Assembly (NCBI GenBank): GCA_043827405.1 | Contig: JBDRPD010000003.1 | Span: 1-64,000 of the forward strand | DNA length: 64,000 nucleotides | Source: Elusimicrobiota bacterium | GTDB lineage: Bacteria > Elusimicrobiota > Elusimicrobia > UBA1565 | Reading direction: 5' to 3' | Shown: piece by piece, positions 58,103-64,000 of the stretch | How the letters are laid out: each line of letters opens with the position of its first letter | Numbering within the stretch: the stretch's first letter is position 1 | The notes under the pieces: generated by a model | Seen by the model: the letters and a program-made list of their open reading frames with translations, nothing else | The model's database searches: none | Told to the model about the DNA's origin: nothing | Position numbers and translations under genes: made by a program

Positions 58103-60197
58103 ACTGCTGCTCCTGCTGCTCCTGCCCTTCGCGGCCTCGGCCGCGTCGGGCGCGGAGGCGCCGCCGTTCGAGCTGCCGCCGGCGCCGGTCGCCGAGCCGA
58201 TACGCTACCGGGCGGATTACTTCGAATACCAGGGGAGCACCACGGGCGCGAATGCGCGGATCATATTGCGCGGGGCCGTCGAAATTGTGGAATCCTCCCG
58301 CACCTTGCGCGCGCAGGAAGCGACCCTCGATATGAGCCGGCGCCGCGCCAAGGCACGGGGAGGCTTCGAGCTCGATGACGGCCTCAGCGTGCTGCGCGGC
58401 GAAGGCGGCGAATTCGATATCGACGACAAGTCCGGAATCGTCGACGACGTGCGGGCGGAATTCCCGCCCTGGCGCATTTGGGCGCAGCGCGGCAGGCTGG
58501 ATCAGACGCGCAAGGCGTATTTCCGGCGGACGCTGTTCACCAGCTGCGACGGCAATCCGCCGGACTACCATTTCCGGGCCAGCGGCCTGCATGTCAAGCC
58601 CAAGAAATGGCTCTATGCCACCAATGTCCGCTTCCATTTGGGGCCGGTCCCTATTTTTTACACTCCGTTCATGTGGAAGTTTTTGGATCCGGATAAGCTG
58701 ATCCGCACCCGCATGAAGTTCTCCTATGACCGGCGCAACGGCGGGGCCGCCCGCTCGACCACCGAGTTCCAGCTGCATCGTTCGCTGTTCAGCCGGCTGT
58801 TTCTCGACTATTACTCGGAGACGGGCTTCGCGCAGGGCGGCGAGGCGCTGTTTAAGTCGAGCGAGGACTCGCGCGGCGCGCTCTACGGCTACCGCATTCG
58901 CGAAAACGCCACCCGCCAGCAGCGCTGGACGGTGCTGGGCAGCTATTACCAGACGCTGGTCTCGAGCTACTCCGTGCAGGGCCGGCTGCAGGCGCAGTCG
59001 GATCCGGAAGTCAATAATCACTACATGCGCTCGAACGCTTTCCGCGTGACGCCGGAGCTCATCAACAGCGGCGCGCTGGTGCGTACGACCGCCTTGACGA
59101 CTACCCGCATCTCCTACTCCCGCCAGGACGTCCGCTTCGGCGAGCAGAACCGTTTCATCCGGCAGACGGAGAGCACTCCGCGCGTCGACTTTCGCACCGC
59201 GCCGCTGCCGATCCCGCATTTGCCGGCGCTCATGACCTTCGACGCCTTCGCCGAAAACAGCTTCGATCGCGCGCGCGGCTACCAGCAGAAGGCGCTCGGG
59301 GCGGGCACGCGGCTGACGCGGTCATTCCGCCTGCGCCGGGGCTTAAGCCTGACGCCGCATGCGGCGCTGCGCGAGGTCTTCGAGGACCGGCGGACGATCT
59401 ACGCCGATTTCTCGTCGACGCGGACCATTAAGAACCCGTTTACCGGTTTTTACGAGTTCGGGGGAAACCTGCGCATCGATACCCCCGCCGGCGACTGGGA
59501 TGCCGGCTACGTATTCGAGCGGCGGCTCAAGCCGGATAAGGTCCACGGCGATATCGGCGCTCCCGATTACGGCCAGGTGCAGAACCTGATGTCGATCCAG
59601 GATACCATCCGGCCGAACCGCCGGGTCCTGGTGCGGGTGAAGAGCGGCTACGACCTGCGGCGGCACCGCGAGTACAACCTCGGCTTCCGCCGGCGGATGC
59701 AGCCCTTTACCAGCGATCTGGTCTATTTGCCGAAAAGCGGCCTCCAGTTTTCGCTGCGCAATGACTATCAGTTGGAGGACGGGAACCGCTCGTTTCTGCT
59801 GCAGGCGGACTGGGGCGACCGGGACTCGACCTTCGCGGCGTTCGGCGTCACCTATGCGCTGGACCGGCCGCGGGAGTATCTCTCGGCGCTGGAAGGCGGC
59901 TGGAAGCCGCCGGATTCCAGCTGGAAATTCGGCGCCGCGCTGCGCTCGCTGGTCCGCAAGGAAGACCGGCTGAAGTTTCACGGCTTCGAGCTCTTCGAGA
60001 AAGAGCTTTCGATCCACAAGGACTTCCATGATTTCCTGACCCGGCTGGTCGTTCGCTTCCGTCCGGGCAACGTCGCCGAGATCACCTTCCGCCTCGACCT
60101 GCGGACCGACCGGGAGACGGTGCGCCGCGCCGTGCGCAAGGCTTGGGAGAAGGAGTGGTTCCCCTGGCGCCGCGGCGAGAGCGACGAGCGTGATTGA
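58086..60197 (+). CDS. LptD-like outer-membrane assembly protein
   Basis: Signal peptide; OstA-like N-terminal region; FTSCD..PPDY and VPIFYTP; beta-barrel-like C-terminal region. Start uncertain (TTG 58086 or GTG 58047). Confidence 0.7.
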   Translation: MKDLIRLLLLLLLPFAASAASGAEAPPFELPPAPVAEPIRYRADYFEYQGSTTGANARIILRGAVEIVESSRTLRAQEATLDMSRRRAKARGGFELDDGLSVLRGEGGEFDIDDKSGIVDDVRAEFPPWRIWAQRGRLDQTRKAYFRRTLFTSCDGNPPDYHFRASGLHVKPKKWLYATNVRFHLGPVPIFYTPFMWKFLDPDKLIRTRMKFSYDRRNGGAARSTTEFQLHRSLFSRLFLDYYSETGFAQGGEALFKSSEDSRGALYGYRIRENATRQQRWTVLGSYYQTLVSSYSVQGRLQAQSDPEVNNHYMRSNAFRVTPELINSGALVRTTALTTTRISYSRQDVRFGEQNRFIRQTESTPRVDFRTAPLPIPHLPALMTFDAFAENSFDRARGYQQKALGAGTRLTRSFRLRRGLSLTPHAALREVFEDRRTIYADFSSTRTIKNPFTGFYEFGGNLRIDTPAGDWDAGYVFERRLKPDKVHGDIGAPDYGQVQNLMSIQDTIRPNRRVLVRVKSGYDLRRHREYNLGFRRRMQPFTSDLVYLPKSGLQFSLRNDYQLEDGNRSFLLQADWGDRDSTFAAFGVTYALDRPREYLSALEGGWKPPDSSWKFGAALRSLVRKEDRLKFHGFELFEKELSIHKDFHDFLTRLVVRFRPGNVAEITFRLDLRTDRETVRRAVRKAWEKEWFPWRRGESDERD

Positions 60198-60204
60198 GTC
60201 GGCT

Positions 60205-60504
60205 CTAAACAATCCTTAATCTGCCGACATTTCGTACTGCGTCTTGGCGCGGTTGGATGAGTCGTTCGGTCAGCCGAAGGCGCTCTAGCGCTGTCGCTTT
60301 ACCAACGTCGATCCGTTCCGGGGCATTATGCGGCAGATAGCACCCGGCATAATTTGGCGCGATATTTCGCTTCATCTCACGGGATATGGCGCTGACGTCG
60401 CGACCAATTTCCACCGCGATCCTGTGCCGCGACATGCCGTGGGCTCTAAACAACGACAAACAATCCCTTTCTCCTTTCGTCAAATGCTTATAGTCCCTTG
60501 GCAT
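60205..60504 (-). pseudogene. Truncated IS30-family transposase (N-terminal HTH only)
   Basis: YKHLT..ER...RIA..IGR..SAISRE..RN; only 99 aa; no DDE domain. Confidence 0.82.
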
Positions 60505-60591
60505 TGCGCCGCATCATAGCGGGTCCCTTGGCGTTGCGCCGCATCATAGCGGGTGCCTTGGCGTTGCGCCGCATCATAGCGGATGCCTTGG
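60493..60591. repeat. 30-bp tandem repeat, about 3.3 copies
   Basis: Unit GT(C/G)CCTTGGC(A/G)TTGCGCCGCATCATAGCGG at 60493, 60523 and 60553; partial copy at 60583. Confidence 0.93.
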
Positions 60592-60672
60592 GTGTTTGCA
60601 CTTCAAAGTTGAACTTGCACTGGGCCCGGGCCCAGTTGTATTCGCTGTATTTTTCAGCATAATTTTTGCGAA

Positions 60673-60757
60673 ATTTTCACGCCGGCAGGCGCGGGTGCCG
60701 CATTTTCACGCAGCAGGCGCGGGTGCCGCATTTTCACGCCGCAGGCGCGGGTGCCGC
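60673..60757. repeat. 28/29-bp tandem repeat, 3 copies
   Basis: ATTTTCACGC(CG/A/C)GCAGGCGCGGGTGCCGC at 60673, 60702 and 60730, with no spacers. Confidence 0.93.
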
Positions 60758-60897
60758 ACTAAACTTCGACGCTTGATTGTCGGCAGCAGCGCCGGCGCGG
60801 ACAGAAAGTGCCGAAAATGGAGGTTTTTCTGTTTACTGGCGAAACGGCGGGTTGCTTTCGCTATGCGGGAAGCGCGGCAGAATGCCGGCGGCCGCGC

Positions 60898-62286
60898 CTA
60901 CGCCGTGCGGACGAACTTGCCCGCCATATAGTCCTTGATGTAGTCGCGCGTTTCCGCGGCGAGCTTGCGGATGAGCATAAGGTTGGCGATCATGTTGGGG
61001 ATGACCAGCAGGCCGAATACCGCGTCCGATATGTCGATGACCGGTCCCAGCTTCCATAACGAGCCGATCATGATGAAGACGATAAAGACATAGCGGTAGG
61101 TCTTCACCCATTTGGTCCCGAACAGGTAGACTGTGCCCTGCTCGCCGTAGTAGGCCCAGGAGATGATGGTCGAGAAGGCGAACAGGACCACGGCCAGCGT
61201 GACCAGCACGGTGCCCATCCCGCCGTAAGAGGTCGAGAAGGCGTAGGCGGTGAGAGCGGCTCCGCTAAATCCCTGGGTGTCGGCCCAGGCGCCGGTCAGG
61301 AGCATGACGAGTGCCGTCATGGTGCAGACGATGATGGTGTCGATGAAGGGCTCCAGCAGCGCCACGAAGCCCTCGCGCAGGGGGATGCTCTCCTTGACGG
61401 CGCTGTGCGCGATGGCCGCCGAGCCCATGCCGGCCTCGTTGGAGAAGCAGGCGCGGCGTACGCCTTGGACCAGGACCTGCTTGAAGCCCGCGCCGGCGAA
61501 GCCGCCGACCGCCGCGGTTCCGGTGAACGCCTCGGTGACGATGCGGCGCAGCATCTCCGGCACCTCGCCGATATGCATCACAATGATGCCGGCCGCCCCG
61601 ATGAAATAGATGACGCACATGGTCGGTACCAGCTTGCCGGCGACATCGCCGATGCGCTTGATGCCGCCGATAAGGACGAGCCAGGCGAAGAAGCACATGG
61701 CGCCGCCGGAGAGCCATTTGGGAACGGCGTAGCCCGCCGCCAGCGCGCCCGCCACGTTGTTGGACTGAAACATATTGCCGGCGCCGAACGAGCTGAGGAT
61801 GATGAAGAAGGAATAGGCGGCCGCCAGCGGCAGGAAGGCCTTGCCGAGGCCGTTTTTGATGGTGTACATCGGACCGCCGTGCATATGGCCGTCCTCGTCC
61901 TGCTCGCGGTATTTCAGCGCCAAGGTGACTTCGGTGAACTTCGAGGCCATGCCCAGGCAGCCCGCCACCCACAGCCAGAAGATCGCGCCGGGGCCGCCGG
62001 CGGCCACGGCGACGGAGACCCCGGCGATATTGCCCAGGCCGATGGTGGCCGAGAGCGCGGCGCATAGCGCCTGGAAGTGGTTGATCTCGCCCTTATTCTC
62101 CGGCTTGTCGTAGCATCCCCTGACGATGTCGAGGGCATGCTTGAACATAGTGAACTGAACGCCTTTATTAATGATGGTGAACAGCAGGCCGGCGCCGAAC
62201 AGCAGAAAGACCAGGGGCAGGCCCCACACCAGGCCGACGAAGGTCGCGCAGAAATGTTCGAGCGCGGGGAATAGGCTGGTTTCCAT
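60898..62286 (-). CDS. Alanine/glycine:cation symporter (AGCS family)
   Basis: FQALCAALSATIGLGNIAGV, GGPGAIFW, GGPMY, FSNEAGMGS, FIDTIIVCTMT. Confidence 0.95.
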   Translation of the reverse strand: METSLFPALEHFCATFVGLVWGLPLVFLLFGAGLLFTIINKGVQFTMFKHALDIVRGCYDKPENKGEINHFQALCAALSATIGLGNIAGVSVAVAAGGPGAIFWLWVAGCLGMASKFTEVTLALKYREQDEDGHMHGGPMYTIKNGLGKAFLPLAAAYSFFIILSSFGAGNMFQSNNVAGALAAGYAVPKWLSGGAMCFFAWLVLIGGIKRIGDVAGKLVPTMCVIYFIGAAGIIVMHIGEVPEMLRRIVTEAFTGTAAVGGFAGAGFKQVLVQGVRRACFSNEAGMGSAAIAHSAVKESIPLREGFVALLEPFIDTIIVCTMTALVMLLTGAWADTQGFSGAALTAYAFSTSYGGMGTVLVTLAVVLFAFSTIISWAYYGEQGTVYLFGTKWVKTYRYVFIVFIMIGSLWKLGPVIDISDAVFGLLVIPNMIANLMLIRKLAAETRDYIKDYMAGKFVRTA

Positions 62287-62326
62287 TGGACTGTTATAGC
62301 GAAAAGTGGTTACCTGTCGCCAGTCT

Positions 62327-63175
62327 ATGACGCGGCGCAGCGGTCCGATTTACGTTCTCGGGGCGGCCTCGATGCCGGGCTGGAGCCTGCTCCGGCACCC
62401 GGCGGGGAACCGGCTGGTTCCGTTCGGCGGCGCCCGCGCCAAGGCGCCCGCCAGCCGCGGCTGGCGCCGGTTCAACCTCGAGGACGGCGGCGCCTACGCG
62501 CGGCTGTTCGCGGGGGAGCCGCCCCGGGCGCTGGTCCATTGCGGGGGCGTCTGCGACGTCGAGAAATGCGAGGCTCACCCCGCTTGGGCGCGCGCGGTCA
62601 ACGTGGAAAGTCTCGGCTATCTGCTGGCGTGCCTGCCGGCGGCGACGCGGCTCGTTTACATATCTTCCGACCATGTCTTCAGCGGCCGGCGGCGGGCTTA
62701 CGACGAACGGTCGCGCCCGTCGCCCTTGACCGAGTACGGCCGGCTGCGCGTCGCCGCGGAACGGCTGATCCTGAAAAAACGGCCCGACGCTTTAGTCCTC
62801 CGCTATGCGCTCTGCGTCGGGCCCTCGAGCGGCGGACGGACCGGGCATCTGGACTGGCTGCGCTACCGGACCCGCCGCGGTCTGCCGATAACGCTGGTGC
62901 GCGACGAGTATCGTTCGGCCGTGCGGGCGGAGGACCTGGCCCGCCGGATCCTGGCCTATGTGGATTCCGCCGCGGCCGGAATCCGGCATATCGCGGCGGC
63001 CGCCGTTTCGCGGCCGGAGCTGGCCGAGTATTTAAACAGGCGCTTTAGGATCGGAGCGCGCTTCACGCTGGTATCCCGCGCCGACCGCCCTGTCCCGCAC
63101 CTCGGGCGCGTGGAGCTCGCGACGGTTTACCGCGACGCCCTGGCCGCTCCGCTGCCCGCGGTCGTCAGAGCTTGA
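62327..63175 (+). CDS. RmlD-like extended SDR protein with degenerate cofactor and catalytic motifs
   Basis: DVEKCE, AVNV, YISSDHVFSG, P.PLTEYG, DEYRS; alternative start at 62306. Confidence 0.75.
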   Translation: MTRRSGPIYVLGAASMPGWSLLRHPAGNRLVPFGGARAKAPASRGWRRFNLEDGGAYARLFAGEPPRALVHCGGVCDVEKCEAHPAWARAVNVESLGYLLACLPAATRLVYISSDHVFSGRRRAYDERSRPSPLTEYGRLRVAAERLILKKRPDALVLRYALCVGPSSGGRTGHLDWLRYRTRRGLPITLVRDEYRSAVRAEDLARRILAYVDSAAAGIRHIAAAAVSRPELAEYLNRRFRIGARFTLVSRADRPVPHLGRVELATVYRDALAAPLPAVVRA

Positions 63176-64000
63176 AGACGCGGGTTTGGCCCGGCTTAAG
63201 CAGGTGCCGGCGCCCCCTGACGAGTATCGGCGCCGCGGACTTGGATTTCTTGGACGAGCGTACGCGCACGGAGCGGCGGGAGACTTCGGCGCTCAGCAGC
63301 GCCCCGCGGTATTCCACGGGCAGGCGGACGGCGCTGAATGCCGCCGGCAGTTCGGGCTGAAAGCGCACGCCGTCGCGCCCGACCGAGAGGCCGGCGAACT
63401 GGCGGACCACCATATTGATGGTGCCGGCCATGGCGCCCAGGTGGATGCCTTCGGGCGTGGTTCCGCCTTGGGCGTCCTCCACGTCGCTTTTTAGGGCTTC
63501 GAGGAAGTACTCCCATCCGCGTTCCTTGCTTTTGCGGTTGATGAGGATGGCGAAGACCATTTTGCTTAGAGTCGAGCCATGCGCGCTGCGTTCGAAGTAG
63601 TACTGGACGTTCTTGGCTACGGCGCTGCGGCCCAAGCGGCAGCCCAGCTGCTTGAGCAGCCGCATGCATTCATCTTCCTTAAGCAGGTAGAACAGCATGC
63701 AGGTATCGGGCTGCTTGGCGAGCTTGTAGGGATCCGGGGAGTCGCCTTCCGCCTTCAAAATGCGGTCGAGCCGTCCGATGTCGCCGTATTTCTTCCGGTA
63801 GCCCTCCCAGTCGAACTCCTTGAGTTTTTCGTAGCCGTCGAATTGGCTGATAATGCCGCCGCCCAGCTGCGGCACTTTCATGCGGCGGGTGATATCCTTC
63901 CACTTCGCGTAGTCCTTGGGCGTCACGCCGGTCAGCGCTTCGACCTCGCGGCGCGCACCAGCGGACAGCAGGCCGACGATCTCCAGGGTGCGCTCCAGGC
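63165..64000 (-). CDS. Glycoside hydrolase family 65 (trehalose/maltose phosphorylase-like), C-terminal part
   Basis: ISQFDGY, DIGRLDRILKAEGD, KQPD, HGSTLS, GGTTPEGIHLGAMAG; runs off the window edge. Confidence 0.9.
   Translation of the reverse strand, partial: LERTLEIVGLLSAGARREVEALTGVTPKDYAKWKDITRRMKVPQLGGGIISQFDGYEKLKEFDWEGYRKKYGDIGRLDRILKAEGDSPDPYKLAKQPDTCMLFYLLKEDECMRLLKQLGCRLGRSAVAKNVQYYFERSAHGSTLSKMVFAILINRKSKERGWEYFLEALKSDVEDAQGGTTPEGIHLGAMAGTINMVVRQFAGLSVGRDGVRFQPELPAAFSAVRLPVEYRGALLSAEVSRRSVRVRSSKKSKSAAPILVRGRRHLLKPGQTRVFKL

Larger units (their letters stand above)
60205..60620 (-). mobile_element. IS30-family remnant with left terminal inverted repeat
   Basis: Minus-strand GTGCAAGTTCAACTTTGAAGTGCAAACACC (60620-60591) resembles IS30-family ends and lies upstream of the transposase fragment; lower GC than the flanks. 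Confidence 0.68.

Noticed and set aside
60493..60757. Possible CRISPR array (28-30 bp repeats)
   Set aside because: Repeats are head to tail with no unique spacers, the two units are unrelated, and there are no cas genes in the window.
60596..61111. ORFs 60596-60931, 60808-61059 and 60833-61111
   Set aside because: They run through tandem repeats or overlap the AGCS gene, and show no protein-like features.

Overview
A GC-rich, gene-dense bacterial chromosomal segment with about 50 CDS, from a diderm organism (it encodes LptD-like, TolC and PorV-like proteins). The protein styles (PorV/PorQ next to a cargo with a FlgD-Ig/T9SS-like tail, an exported ankyrin-caspase, long low-complexity leaders) suggest Elusimicrobiota; this is inference only. 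Left part: purine-utilisation genes (deaminase, NCS2 permease, xdhC, mocA, a three-subunit xanthine dehydrogenase-family enzyme, a C-N hydrolase), interleaved with exported proteases, a MATE transporter and glgC. Middle: an exported TldD/PmbA pair, folB, PTS enzyme I, and the most unusual locus. There a MarR domain is fused in frame, through a signal peptide, to a TolC channel, followed by an RND pump with no adaptor gene. That unit is divergent from a gene fusing an M50 site-2 protease to an S8 subtilase. Right part: housekeeping genes (trxA, polA, coaE, rho; an Rrf2/radical SAM/ResB/CcsA/HemX/hemA cluster; rpmE, prfA, prmC, murA, folC, ROK kinase, lptD), an IS30 remnant with tandem repeats, an AGCS symporter, an RmlD-like protein and a partial GH65. 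Many first-in-operon genes look leaderless. I recognised no rRNA, tRNA or CRISPR array. All calls come from motif recognition by eye; no searches were run.
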